A DNA stretch of 64,000 bases from the human T2T-CHM13v2.0 reference genome, Homo sapiens. The position numbers and the translations under genes were made by a program. The stretch's first letter is position 1; the number at the start of each line of letters is the position of its first letter. Of this stretch, positions 15,381 through 29,692 are shown one piece after another. The stretch lies in the NCBI RefSeq assembly GCF_009914755.1, contig NC_060928.1; one strand, written 5' to 3'. The notes under the pieces are model-generated. The model was not told the origin of the DNA, did not search any database, and was given only the letters and a program-made list of their open reading frames with translations.

Positions 15381-15599
15381 AATTATGTTAGAGTTGTGGA
15401 GGTTTGGTGGGATGAATATAAAGACTACTTCTATGCTAGTCGTCCTGAATCGCAGGCATTACCATATGGGGATATATCGGAGCTGAAAAAATTTCGAGAA
15501 GATCACAACTGCAAAAGTTTTAAGTGGTTCATGGAAGAAATAGCTTATGATATCACCTCACACTACCCTTTGCCACCCAAAAATGTTGACTGGGGAGAA
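15381..15599 (+). CDS. GALNT7: GALNT7 coding exon (probably exon 9), end of catalytic domain and linker
   Basis: ttttacag| acceptor and GAA|gtaagt donor; 219 nt; NYVRVVEVWWDEYK...CKSFKWFMEEIAYDITSHYPLPPKNVDWGE. Confidence 0.97.
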
Positions 15600-16289
15600 G
15601 TAAGTAGTCACATCTCAAAATGTATGTGTTTGTAGACTGAGTTTGGGAGAAGGCAGAGAGAGGTGGAAATATGTAAGAGGGAAGTATTCTTGGGGAAAAG
15701 TTGGGGTAAAAACTGTCTGATAGGATCTACCACCTTTCCACTAAACAGCTATAGCTGCCAGACCAGCTGGCCACCATGCTGTCTCCTGGCAGCCTTTGCT
15801 CATTGGCCCCCTAGCCTGCAAGACATCCACTCTTCACTCCAGCTCCTGGCGCCTCCATGCCTCTTACTCCAACTCCCTTCCTTAACTAATTTCAATTTAT
15901 CTTACTGCTCTCAACTTAGAGATCACCAATACTGAAAAGCCCTTCTTACTATTCCCCACTTCATCAAAAAGATGCAGTTCTATGTTCTTTCCAGGGGTTC
16001 TCACAACACCCAAAATCACCTATCTCCCAACCAGTCTGAGTGCTTCAGGACCTTGATCACTTGTGTCCAGGTGGACTGATGCAGGGACCCATATACAGTA
16101 GATACTCCAACAATGCTTTTCAAATGAATTAAAAATAATTAAAATCAGACAAAAGCACTTTGACAATCAGACATTGTCATTTCTTTGTTTATTCAAACTT
16201 GTCTTCAGACTCACTTCTGATTGCTCCCTGCAGCCCCGCTGTATGCCTCACAGGTACACTAAACCTGCCATGAACGTTCAAGTCTACAT

Positions 16290-18090
16290 CCCTCTGCTTA
16301 ATTATGTTCAGCAAATATTGGTTGAGGGCCTACTATGTGCCAGTCACTCTTCTAGACAGAAAACCAGAGAAGCAAAGTCGTTTTTCTCAGGGAACTGGCA
16401 TGCTACCTGGGGAGAGAGACCAAAAAAGTCTGAGAAAACAAAAATGATAATGACAGATGGTGATAAATGATAATGACACATAATACTGTCAAGAGGACTT
16501 AAGGGCAGGGTAAGGAAAGCCTCTCTGAGGAGGTGACATTCGCTCTCAGATCTGAATGATAAAGAGTCAGCCAATCAGAGAGTGGAGATGAAGGGAAGCT
16601 GACCAACTGCGGAAGCATAGTTCATCTGGGAGTGGATTCCTTATGGGTTGGTGTGTGAAGGGATAAGGGCCAGAATGACATCGAGGTTGTTTTGAGTAGC
16701 TGATTAGGTGGCTGCTGAGATTGGGAAGATAGTAGGGGAGTGAATGGAGGGGGCAAGGCTTCTGTTGGTGTTCTGGGCATGTGAAGTACCTGCTAGGCGT
16801 CCAGGTAGAGCCATTAAGGCCTACTGATCATAGATTGTAGGTTGTATGATGCCAAAGTCCAGAAGAGAGGCCACTCTGGAGATGTGCATTTGGGGCCATC
16901 AGCAGGTAGGTCGTTTCATGGGACTGAATGAGGTCCCCGAGGGAGAAAACACAGATAGAGAAGAGAAGACTAGACCCATCCGTCAGAAACGCCAGCATTT
17001 AGAGTTCAGGAATAGAAGGAAAAACCAACAGAGGACACTCATGCTGCTCTCTCTGTACTTCTTGCTTTAATATACTTTTTCCCTATACTCTTATTTTACC
17101 TGTCCTATTACAGCAAATTATGTTTAACTCCAACTAGACCATAAGCCTTTCAACACACAGATCTCTCTCTGAGGGCCCAGACAAGTATATCCAACTGTAT
17201 GCTTAACATCAGGACTTGAATGTGTAACAGGCATTTCAAACTCGACATAGCCTAAATTGAACTTCCTATCTCCTCCCCCCAACCCATCTTTGCTGATTTC
17301 TTGGTCAAAAACTTTGGAGTCTTCCATGAATCCTGTCTTTGTCTCGCACTTCATATCTAGTTCCAGAATCTGATCCCTTGTTGCCTGGTCTAAGCCACCA
17401 TCATCTCTCACTGAGACTAACTTGTTGACTCTCCTACAGCCTATTTCAAATACAGCAGTCAGAGTGACTGTTTTAAAATAAAGGCAAATCATGTCCTTCT
17501 TCTGCTAGAAACCCTGCACCTTCACCTATGAGTGAAGACAAAGTCCTTTCTGGTAGTCTCCAAGATCCACAACATCTGTCCCCATTCCTCTCTGGCCTCA
17601 CCTGCTACTGCTCTCCCCACTCCACTCCAGCCCCATGTCCTTACTGGTCCTCAGACTCCCTCCAGGCATGTGCCTGCCTGTGCTGTTCCCTCTGCCAGGA
17701 ATGCTTCCTTGCAGATACACGCATGCATGGCCAGCTCTCACACCTCCTTCAAGTCTGCTGACCTACCACTTCTCAGTGAGGTCCACCTTGTTACTTCCCA
17801 ACGCCCTAGCTCCCACCCTAACTTCCTCTTCTTTTCCTTTTTTTCACCACACTTATCACCTTTTGCCATAACAGACAAATTGTCTACTATGTTTTTTAAC
17901 TTATATTCTGTCTTTTTTCCCTTACATTCCCAGAGTGAATGGAGGCAGGGGCCCACATTCACTGTGGCATGCCCATTACTGGGGTAGGTGTCTTTATTTT
18001 GTTCACTAGTGTTTCAGAGCCTACAACATGCCTGGCACACATCAGGTACTTAATATTTGATGATTGAATAAATACATGAATGAATAAATG
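16290..18090. mobile_element. Cluster of L2 fragments in both orientations
   Basis: L2 3' ends at ~16300 (- strand) and ~18030-18090 (+ strand: gcctggcacacatcaggtacttaatatttg...gaatgaat). Confidence 0.7.
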
Positions 18091-19056
18091 GAATTTTCTG
18101 TCCTCCTTTTACTGTCTCACTCCCAAGTATATCTTCAGTTTAACCTCTTCCCATTCTGACATCTGCACTTTATACTTCATTTCTCGGCATTTCCTTAACA
18201 TTCCAGGGTAAACCCCTACCTGTTTTAAAGGTGTCTCTTGGGGCAGTCTTTGGAGCTCCTCCAGGCAGGGTGAGCAGCTCTTCCTCTGTACATTCACACC
18301 TCTGTCCTGACTGGTCCACTACCCCTCTGTCTCTCTACAGGCGGTGAGGACCATGACTTGCACCTCTTCATATCCTCAAAACCTGTTATCATTATAGGTG
18401 CACAGTCCATATTTGCTGACTGAATGCAAGAATAAAACATTTTATCCAAATAGTATAGCGATTTATAATTCAGAGAAATAAATGGCTTTTCCAAAAATAG
18501 TTCTTTTCATACAAAATGTACATTCCAAAGATGGAAACCTGTGTTTGCTTTTCATCTACGTTTATAGAGAAAAGCCTCACTGCCTGGTCATGTGCCATGC
18601 ATGGCCTATGCACCCTAGACCCCTACAGGCAGCTACCAAAAGTGCTGCATAGCCATTTGGGAGAGGTCCCTTACAAATCCAGTCTGTTCTAGATATCTAG
18701 GGCCAGGCCAGTGTTTATTACCACTGTGGTTAGGTTCTCTATTTGCTTCTCATTCACATGAATTACTGTGATTCTGAAATTGCAATTAATGGTAACTTTT
18801 TTTTTCTCTGTGGTATTTTACGGAAATGTATAGTCCTTTGCTCTTAGAGAAAGAACCCATTCCAGTGTTGACTTCAAGACCATAAGTTATTTCAAAACTA
18901 TGTAAAGATTGACAATCCAGTAATAACCTGTCACTACACATACCCAGATTTTCCCTGTAAACTGTAATATTTAACATGAAATGTTAAATTCTGATGCCAG
19001 AGTTCATCAAAAACTAAACTGTTGCCTGCTTTTTGCGTCTTTATTCATTTTTTTAG

Positions 19057-19155
19057 ATCAGAGGCTTCGAAACTGCTTACTGCATTGATAGCATGGGAAA
19101 AACAAATGGAGGCTTTGTTGAACTAGGACCCTGCCACAGGATGGGAGGGAATCAG
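19057..19155 (+). CDS. GALNT7: GALNT7 coding exon (probably exon 10), ricin-B lectin alpha repeat
   Basis: ttttag| acceptor and CAG|gtaaac donor; 99 nt; IRGFETAYCIDSMGKTNGGFVELGPCHRMGGNQ. Confidence 0.96.
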
Positions 19156-19853
19156 GTAAACCACCTTACTTTTGTGTTTAAGTTGTTCCGTATTGAGGGC
19201 CATCAGGTTTATTGATCACAGAGTGATCTTTGTACTTTGGTTTTCGATTTGGTAATTTTGTTTGTTTTGATAAAGTAAAACATTCTGTAAAAAAATTGAC
19301 AGTGTTAAAACATTCACTTAAATGATGGGAATAATAGCAGTATTGGTTTTCACATAAGCAGTCAGAATCTAGAATTAATGTCTAATATAAGGGATTAAAA
19401 TATATTCCTGTGGGAGTATATATTTGTCACTACCGTAACTATGTAAGCCTAGCTCCCTAACAATTTTTTGCAAGTATTGCTCACTAATCCTCATCTTTTT
19501 GCAAATAGAGTGTTACTGCCAGTAATGTATATTTCACTAATATATATTCTCTTACTTATGTGGGTATGTTTTTGCTTTTTCATTTTTTCACATTGTTGGT
19601 ACTTAATAAATTTGTGTTAGTGACCCATTTGGTATCTTAGAGACTAAAGAACTTAATGATTTCAGTGTTAATAAGGATCTTCACTAACATCAAAATAAAT
19701 ATAATTTGTCTGTGGACTTACAGTTCTAAACAAAATTATGGAAAAATAAGTTAGTCATTCAATTTAATTATAGGAGTTAAGTTTCTTTCTTTTCAAATGC
19801 ACATCAGCAGGGAAGGTGCCTCTGTTACTTAATTCTCTCTTTTCCTTTTACAG

Positions 19854-19982
19854 CTTTTCAGAATCAATGAAGCAAATCAACTCATGCAGTATGACCAGTG
19901 TTTGACAAAGGGAGCTGATGGATCAAAAGTTATGATTACACACTGTAATCTAAATGAATTTAAGGAATGGCAGTACTTCAAG
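19854..19982 (+). CDS. GALNT7: GALNT7 coding exon (probably exon 11), lectin beta repeat
   Basis: ttttacag| acceptor and AAG|gtattc donor; 129 nt; LFRINEANQLMQYDQCLTKGADGSKVMITHCNLNEFKEWQYFK. Confidence 0.96.
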
Positions 19983-21612
19983 GTATTCTGCATTTTAACT
20001 TCTGAAATATTATATGCTTTTCATTTTCAGTAACATCTAGCATGTGGAATTTAGATAAATAAATCTTAAAACCTGCATTCAAATTCACTTGCATTTTCCT
20101 CTCATTTAGTCCCTTGCATAGGTTTTCCTGAGCACTGGATGACTCATTGTTCTATAATGAGGCATCACTTTTGTTCTCTCTTACAATATTGTCATGTAAT
20201 GAGGCCACGATGATGTCTATAAAGAGCACTGCTAATTTTAGTAATACAAGAAAGTCAGTGTTCTGTGAGGCAGTCATCACCATTGCTCTCATCAAAATCT
20301 GATTTTTGAAATGTAAATGAATCATTCATTAAAGTAAAATATATTTAAATATATTTATACTATTAAAAATTTGGTTAATATTTGATATTGTCCAGCAGGT
20401 GGAGATAGAGACAAACAAATAAAACTTGAAATCTAGGCTTTCATAACGTCTTTATCATTGTTGTGTGCTAAATACAGTGGGATAAATGTAGCTAGTTGCT
20501 TACTTTAATGGTCAAATTTAGTTATTCACGTGACACTGCTGGGGTAGCTTTGTGTTTCAGCTGTGAGTATTTAAAGCTCTGTGGCAAGTTGAGGATTACA
20601 ACATATTAATAGATTTATGTATAGTTTTCAAATTCTAGATTTGGCTAACATAAATCAATTTATTATTAAACAAAAAGTGGGGAAAGCTGCCTCACACTAA
20701 AAAAATCTGTCAACCCTCCATTTTATTTACTCACCCAGTATTTGTTATCATATCCCATCTGTCATGCAAGCAAGGACTTGTTTGCTATGTAATAATGATA
20801 TGACCTAGCTTAACATTCCCTGTTACTGTCATTTACAGATAATTTCCAGGAAGTGATAAGCACGTATCAATTGATGATTTTGTTTCTTATAACAAGTTAG
20901 GAAGGAGAAGAATAGCATAAACCTTAAAGAGTGGAGCATTTATTTTCACAAAAAAAAAGGATATATAATAGCAATAAATAGTAGGGGTCAGTGAGAACAA
21001 TATTAGCAAAATAGTAAAAGAGGGCTAACACACCAGAAACTACATCAAGAAGTAATTGAACAAAAAATGACACATAACATGTTTTAGGTATTTTAAAGAC
21101 GCAGCACTGAATATACATTTGTGTGTTAGATATTACTGAACATTCACTTGGGGACCAATAATATGTTAGACTGTAGGGGAGTTCAAAAATATAGCTAAAG
21201 CACGCTATTATATAATGGCAGAGAAGAAAGAAATGCAAAAATAGAGATAAGCAAAATGCCATAGGACAGAAAAGAGTGATTCATGGGAGGAATTACTGCT
21301 GAGGAGTTTCATAGAGGAAGTGTCATTGCACAAGTCCTGAAGTGTAAAAAGGCTTTCCATGGAAAGTAAATAAGAAAGCCTGGATGAGCAAAGATGTGGC
21401 ATGAAAACATGTAGAAAATTCAAAGAATTGTATTTCATTTGGTATCCCTCAATTGTGCTTTGGAGGAAAGAGCACCGAACTTCATTTTTTAAGTTTTGGA
21501 GAGGGATAGACCTTATTTGAGGAAGGTAGTGATGGAAAACAATGGCTACTTTTAGGAAAATAATTCTGGAAACGTGAGGTATGGACTGATGAAGCAACGA
21601 GATCAGCTTGAG

Positions 21613-22521
21613 CAGCAGTTCTCAAACTTTCTGTCCTCTGGATTCCCTTTACACTCTTAAAAATTTTTGAGCTCCCCCACCCCCAAATTGCTTTTGTTTA
21701 TATAGGTTATCACTAGCAATATTTCCAGAACTGGAAAGTGTCTGAGAAATTTGTAAAGTTTTTATATATTAATTCATCTAAAAGTAATAATAATATACTT
21801 ATTAAACATTAATGTAAATGACATTTTTAATGAAAAATAACTATGTTTACCCACAAAAAATAGTGAGAAGAATGGAATTCTGTATTTTTGCAAATCTCTT
21901 TAATGTCTGGTTTAATAGAAGAAGACAGCTGGATTCTCATACTCCTGCTTCATTTGGTCTGATCTGAAATGTTGTTTTCGTTCAAGTATATGAGGGAAAC
22001 CCAGCCCCACACAAGCATACAGTTTGTAAAGGGAGCGAGTACTTTAATAGCCGTTCATATAATTGTGGCTGTTTTTTTATTGTACACCACAACTTAATAA
22101 TTAAGTGGTAGTTTCTTAAAAGTTATTTCCAGTGTAGACTGATATCCTTGAGCATTGTACCTCATTATATGGAAGTACTTGATACGTACTTCCCACTTCA
22201 TCTCATAGAATTTTTTTTAAGTATACTGAGGGGTCAAGACTGAATAAAACGAATGTTTTGCTCCTTCATCAGTGACATCCTTAAGTGAAACCGGCATTTA
22301 CTTTTCAACTGTGTGTGGCCATGAGCAATACAACTATAGGTACTAGCATAGTTTGATTCATGCTAAGGCACCATCAGTTTTACTCACCATTGCTTTTGCA
22401 CTATCGGTATAAATGTTGCTAAAGTGAAAAGGCAATGGTGTCTTCGTATTATGATGAAAATAGTTTCGGCCTTACAGACCCAATCCTGGATAGTCTGAGG
22501 ACCAGACTTTGAGAAGCTCTG
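21613..22521. mobile_element. hAT-Charlie DNA transposon remnant (Charlie1-like), embedded in L2
   Basis: Terminal inverted repeats cagcagttctcaaa ... tttgagaagctctg; ccctttacactcttaaaaattt start motif. Confidence 0.8.
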
Positions 22522-23002
22522 AGCTATATTGAAGAAACCTACAGCATATGGTGAGGGCCAAACCAGGGCATCTGCAGTGGCGATGGGAAGGAATATAAAC
22601 CAGAGACATTGCACATATCCATCCTTAGTGACTGGTATGTGAGTGAATGAGGAAAAGTGCAGTATTTCCTAAGGACTAGAGAGCTGGGAATGTCATTAGC
22701 CAGGATAGGAACAAGAGACATAGATTTGGAGGGGCAGATAATGAATTTAGGTTTGTATACATTGAGTGTGAGATACCAGCAGTATATTGTGACTTAACAA
22801 TGAAAGATCTTAGGACTTAGAAAACTGACAATCAAGAGAAATCCAGAAAACTGACAATCAAGAGAAATCCAAAGTCTGAGGTGTGGTTGAGAAGCTTTTC
22901 CATTTCCTTAAACTGTCTCCTCATGAAAGTCAAGTGATGATTTCTGATGTCAGTGATATCAAGGGTCCAAATTTGAAACTTTTTTCTTACTGTGTTTTCC
23001 AG

Positions 23003-23140
23003 AACCTGCACAGATTTACTCATATTCCTTCAGGAAAGTGTTTAGATCGCTCAGAGGTCCTGCATCAAGTATTCATCTCCAATTGTGACTCCAGTAAAAC
23101 GACTCAAAAATGGGAAATGAATAACATCCATAGTGTTTAG
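23003..23140 (+). CDS. GALNT7: GALNT7 last coding exon, lectin gamma repeat and stop
   Basis: ttttccag| acceptor; NLHRFTHIPSGKCLDRSEVLHQVFISNCDSSKTTQKWEMNNIHSV then TAG; CLD and QKW ricin motifs. Confidence 0.97.
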   Translation, partial: NLHRFTHIPSGKCLDRSEVLHQVFISNCDSSKTTQKWEMNNIHSV

Positions 23141-25390
23141 AGAGAAAAAAATAAACCAATAACCTACCTACTGACAAGTAAATTTATACAGGACTGAAAA
23201 CCGCCTGAAACCTGCTGCAACTATTGTTATTAACTCTGTATAGCTCCAAACCTGGAACCTCCTGATCAGTTTGAAGGACATTGATAAACTGTGATTTTAC
23301 AATAACATTATCATCTGCAGTTACTGTTTACAAGACTGCTTTTACCTTAAACTTTGTAGATGTTTACATCTTTTTGTTGTGTTTTAAGATGATGTTGGTA
23401 ATTTGTGCCTTTAGCTCTGTTTTATTAGACAGAGTTAAAGCATGTTGTCTTCTTTGGGATTACACTCAGGGGTCTGAAAGGCAGTTTGATTTTTATTTTT
23501 AACACACTTGAAAAAAGGTTGGAGTAGCCAGACTTTCATATATAACTTGGTGATTATCAACCTGTTGTGTCTTTATTTAATTTTACATCTTTTTGAAGCA
23601 CTGCCACAGGTTATTAGCCAAGGTGGCCTTCCTTCACAGTCATGCTGCTTTTTTGAAAGGTGAATTTCAACACATTTAGTGCCTCTTTCATTTCTCAGTA
23701 TATATTTCAAGAGCTTGTGATGAAATCTATAGGATGGTAATGATGGACTTGTCACCTGTATGGGGAATACTTTTACTACTCAGAAATGAATTTATGTGCT
23801 GCCATTTGCTATAAAGTTGAACTTTGTATGGCTTGAAAAAGAAATGACAATATGGAACATCCCAAGGCTGTCCCATAGGGTTGGAAGTTGTGTAGCATTC
23901 ACTCCCTTACCTACTGGCATTCCCAGTGCCCTCTGTCCATACCTACTTCTAGGATTGCAAAGGAGTCTTCCAACTAGAGAAAAATTGTCCACTGACATTT
24001 GGGATTTACTTTTCTCCAATACCTGCCAATACAGAAAACTATTATCAGTTGTTATTGTTATCCCTTGAAAGCGAGGGTGACAAAAACAACAAAACACCGT
24101 TATAAACACATCAAAGGTTCATTCTGACTGAGGTAAGACTTTCCAAGCCCTTGTTAGATTAGGCCTTATAAAACTTGTGTGCATTATAACCTAAGCTGTG
24201 CAACCTGTGAAGCCAAGAGTGAACTGATGTTTCATTTATATTTTCATCCAAATGACATTATCTGCACGTTTTTAAAATTTAAAAACAAAGGACTATTTAA
24301 AAATACAGTTTATTAACAAACGTGAACTACTTTCTGTTACATTAGGTGTTCCCTAGTGTTTCTTAATTTCTTTTTAGAAAGTGTATTTTTATTAGTATTT
24401 TTCCGGTGAACAGAAGATTTGTTTGGATTTAAACATTTACTAAGACAGTACCTATTAGGAAAACCAAATATTGCAAATGGTCAATTCGATTTTAATTTCT
24501 CAAAAGATACTCTGTTATCCAGAAGATTAAAATGCCTACATTGAGTGCTTAAAAAAAAAAAAACAACTGTGATGATGTGAGCAGAATGGCAAGTAAGTTA
24601 AGCATTTTTGATCCTGTAATCATGGTATCATTACAATGAAAGGAATTCACAAACTACTGCCAGAGGAAGTTTGTTTTTTAATTTAAGAGGGAAATATAAC
24701 CTATAAATTTGTTTCTTCCAAGCTTAGCTCTTAAATTTGGAGACTCAAAGTTAAACATCCTCAACAGAGTTTTATTTATAATTTTGAATTGTCAATTTGT
24801 ATTTTGCTACTGATCTGTGATCAACCATTTTAACTTTCATCTCTAGGGATGTTTAACATTTATAATTGCAAAATAAACCAACTATAAAAAAAGAAACTAA
24901 GAGAGAATTGGTACTTTAATTACTTGTGTGTTTGCAAATAGGCTCCATTTTCCATGTTGAGTAGATTATAACCTTATTAACTATGCATAGGCCTAAGAAA
25001 GGTGGCAATGAACTGTGCATGTAAATTTTAAATGGGTACTTTGTGCAATTCGTTAAAAGAAGATACTCTATGAATATGATTCTATATATTGAAATCAGAA
25101 AACCTACCAAACAAAAACATCAGAAGCTGCTGCCATAATGACTATTTTCTACTGTAGGCTGCTTTGGAAATAATTCCCATATCCTTGCTTTGTAAGTTGG
25201 TAATATCACTATGCATTTCTACACATTTTATAAATTTGATTTATGCAGATTTTGATACACTGTATGTTTCTGTAGAAATTGTATAAATATTCAAAATTTT
25301 ATTAGGATAAATTTGAGAAACTTACGTATATCTTAATTCTGGGTTGCTTGTTTTTTAGGTGACAAAAATAAAATATTGTATTTTAATTCA
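23141..25390 (+). other. GALNT7: GALNT7 3'UTR (~2.25 kb)
   Basis: AU-rich stretch with no obvious repeats after the stop codon, ending at a canonical poly(A) signal. Confidence 0.85.
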
Positions 25391-25412
25391 TGGGTTTTTT
25401 TGGTGCTTGTAA
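25367..25412 (+). terminator. GALNT7 distal polyadenylation signal
   Basis: AATAAA at 25367-25372, CA at 25389-25390, then a GU/U-rich downstream element (tgggtttttttggtgcttgt). Confidence 0.8.
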
Positions 25413-27215
25413 TCATTTCAAATCTAAACACTGCACATTTGAAAGAATTACTTGATTTTACTATTTACAAGACACACAATACCTAAAATATTATAGACCA
25501 TAGTTATTAGTTGAGTATGTGCTTGACTGTTGCTTAGCATTCTGTTACACATGCTTAGAATACTCAGAGCTTATGTATCTGTTGGAAGGAAACAAAGGTT
25601 TATTTTTACCTGTTTGCCTATGTATACCAATTTTTTAAGTTTATACTTTTTTTAATTATAAAAAATTACCCCAGCAACATATATCCTTCTTGGCTGTATA
25701 TAGAATTGCCTTCTTGGCTGTACTATAGAATTGCCTATTAGAAGCAAACATGCCTTCAAATCAAATTTGTTTACAACCTGACAGATCAGGTTAAGTGGAG
25801 AAAAATGAAGAGAAGGGAAGCCTACCACAATGAAATTAGAAATAGTCCATAGCACCTTGTACAAAACACATCTCAAGAGAAGATACGGTTGCTAACAGAT
25901 TCAAGTAAGTGGCTGTATTGATTTGGGAAACTTTCTCTCAACTGACCTGTCTATTGTCATATCTCCCAATTCTTAGCTGCTGTAGAAGTAGGCTAAGAAA
26001 TTTGAAAAAGTGACAGCACCAGACTAGAATAAATGGGAGTTTCTTTATTTCTTAAGTTTCTCATAGGGATCTTGGAATATATTTCATTTCTGGACATAAT
26101 TGGGAAAAAAATCCATATATAATTCAATGGAAAACATGACAAGTACCTCACCAGAAAGCCAGATACCTAATAGGCCAATAGTTTAGGTACGTGAAAATTA
26201 TTCCATGTGAAAGCACTTTAAGAAGTGTTGAGCATTATGAAACTGTGATGTGATAAGTGCATCTTGAAGAATATCTAAGATATTGTATCCTTCAAATTAC
26301 CTTTAAATGAAATTTCTCTTGGGCTTTTGGTTTGAGCAAATAAACCACAGCTGTATTAAGAATTAACTAACCGAAACAAAACTAAATATTTGAATAGAAA
26401 ATAGGGATGAATAGACTTCCACTTCCGGCTATAATTTTAAGTGGACTTATCTTGCTACCCCAAACAACAGTTAATGCTGGACAAAATATATGAAGCAACT
26501 GTTTTCAGGAATTGGATACTAGTCAAAGCAGACTGATATCTAAAAGAAAGGAAATACACAAGGTGAATCCCAGGTTCACCATGTCTGTCTCCATGGGAGG
26601 ACATTCCCAACCATGGTGCAAGGAATGCGGCTCAGAATGGTGGTATTGCTGAACTGAGGAGGCGGAGTGGAGGTTTCCGGCTGCTGAAACAGCTAGAATC
26701 TACAATCCAGGTTATTGGAGGGGAAGTACGCTTGAGTGTCAGGAGAGCTATACAGGAATTTTTATACCACAGCCATTTGCAATAGCGAAAACCCTGGAAG
26801 CAACCTAAATGCCCATTGACAGGAGAAAGGATGAATTGTGATATAATCACACAATGGAATATTACAGAGATGAATATGAATAAACTAGTTGTTATAAACA
26901 AGTTTTAGGTGTACAGGATTGAATGAAAAAGGCACTTCCCAAAACACTTTATTCAGCACTTTTTATCAATCTCAAAAGTGACTAAAAGTAAACATACAGT
27001 ATGTTAATACATTTATACATGATAGGTTAAATAACTTGTCCAAGTTCACAAATTTAGTACTGGGGTCAAGGACATAATCAAGTCCAGTACTCAATATCCC
27101 TCTAACTCTGTGGGATGAATATTTATTTGGTGCCAGGAAAAACTCTCCTAAAGAATGTATGTTTTCCACATAACTTCTTTAATTTTCCTCTCTACCTAGA
27201 CTATCAAGAACCTCA

Positions 27216-27446
<231 letters not shown>

Positions 27447-29381
27447 TTAACCCATGTATATCGGCATATATACTTTTAGCTAATATTTATCGAGCATTTA
27501 CTATTTCTTGCCACCAGGATAAGTGTCTTAAATGTATTACTTTACTTAATCCTCAAAAACATTCAAATTTTACAGATGAGGAAACCGAAATGTTACATGA
27601 GTTGTCTGATGTTACAAAACCAGTAAGAAAAACAGAGCCCTATTCAAATCCGTGATTCACTACCTTGCTTTTAATTTCTTTCATAACCTTGTTTTTTTCT
27701 TTGTATATTTTGTTCTTGTTTTTCTTTGTATAAGCCATTAATATTTTTTGGAAAAAATTTGGAGAATCAAAGAATTACACAAATATGAATGGATTATGGT
27801 ATTTTACTATCTCTTATCTGCCCGAGGACAATGTCCAAGTTGATTGTCCTGCTTTTCTAATGAAAGACTAGATGATATAAAGGCCATTTCCAGTTCCAAA
27901 ATTTAGTGCTACATAATGCTGAAAAGTTATTTTTCTTTCCTTTTAATGCGACAGTCTATTGCACTCCTGAGTTACTATTCTATAGATGTGGTAACACCTA
28001 GGATGAGGATCACCAGAAGTCTGCACTGTTAACTCTTGAAGAATAAAGGCCCAGGAGCACAATGAAGTTCAATTGAAACATTTTTATTTACCTTTGCTGC
28101 AGGGTAAGTTGAGTTTCCAATCAGGGCAAGAAGGGTTTCTGACCTATAAAAACAATGGTTAGCTGTAAGGCATATATAAACTTTTATTAACCTTGGACCT
28201 GACTCAAGTAAAAATTATTACACTTATATTTACTATTTAATTTATAGAAGTGGCAAACTGGTGACCTTTGGGCAGAATCTTACCTATAGACATGTTTTGA
28301 CCCCAAAATTGGAATTCATTGCCAATACTGTATTTAAAATTCAGAATTCACGAGTTCTAGTTCCACTTGAAAATTTGAGAGATCTGGGAATCCTATATTC
28401 ACATTTCCATCTAGCAACAGGACTGAGCTAAACAGTGGCTATCCCCTTTAACCTGGGTATTTGTATATTTACAAACATGCTTAGAACACTGTTTCTTGCA
28501 TTAGAGACAAAGCAGTATACAAAAGTGAAAATTTTACTGCCCTCACAGAGCTTACTTTCAAAATGTTCTTCACTTCACCACATCCAGTCCTTTTCCCTGG
28601 CTAGTCTCTATAGGTCTTGGCATTTCCTAATGTCAATAAATACTCTGCCTTTCTCTAAAACTGTCAGTCTCCAACAGGAATCTCATGAAGAACTAATCCA
28701 AACATGGTGAGGTATGAAATTTCATTTTTAAAGGACTAGATCTTACACAGTGGCATAGCAGCTCCTTTAGCTTTCTTGATTTTATTCCCCAAGAAATAAA
28801 ATCATTACTGCTTTGTAAAGCATTTTTAGTGATATATTTAGTAATAAAAAGCCAGGTTTAAGATAATGCTATTTTTCTACTATGTAAGACAACCTTATGA
28901 TTTACAGTAAGTGAAACTGGTAAAAGGTAAAATACAAAAAAAGCATACTTTCCTCTATTGATCAAGTTTGCAGTGAGTGCTTTGTTTGATATATAAGAGA
29001 ATTTAGGAAATTCTAACCCAGTGCCCTGCTTTTATAGATTAAAAGACCAAAAGTAGTGGCTGACATCGGGAAGGAAACGTGAGCCCCTACCTCAGTCCTT
29101 GCACCAAAATTAATTCCAGAAGGATCAAAGATGTAATCAAAAATTTAAAAAAAGAAACCAAAGGATAATTATTTTTATAGTCTTTTATGATCTTTGAGTG
29201 GGAAGGACCTCACTAGAAAAGTTTTAGTGAAAGAATTGCTAAATTTGCCTACATAAAGAAATCTCTGCATGAAAAAAGCATCATAAAGTCAAAAGGGTCA
29301 TTTTCCTTAATATATAGTATTCCCAAAAACTATTAATAAAAAGACCAGTGAGAAAAGACCACAGGAAAGAATACAAATGGC

Positions 29382-29692
29382 TTTTTTTTTTTTTTTTTTT
29401 TTTTTGAGACAGAGTCTTGCTCTTGTCACCCAGGCTGGAGTGTAGTGGCGTGATCTCTACTCACTGCAAACCTCTGCCTCCCGGGTTCAAGCGATTCTCC
29501 TGCCTCAGCCTCCCAAGTGGCTGGGATTACAGGTGCCCATCACCACACCCGGCTAATGTTTTTGTATTTTTAGTAGAGACAGGGTTTCACCATGTTGGCC
29601 AGGCTGGTTTTGAACTCCTGACCTCAAGTGATCCGCCTGCTTCGGCCTCCTAAAGTGCTGGGATTACAGGCATGAGCCACTGCACTCAGCCC
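29382..29692 (-). mobile_element. Alu (AluS-like) with TSD
   Basis: T24 tail; TSD acaaatggct. Confidence 0.95.
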
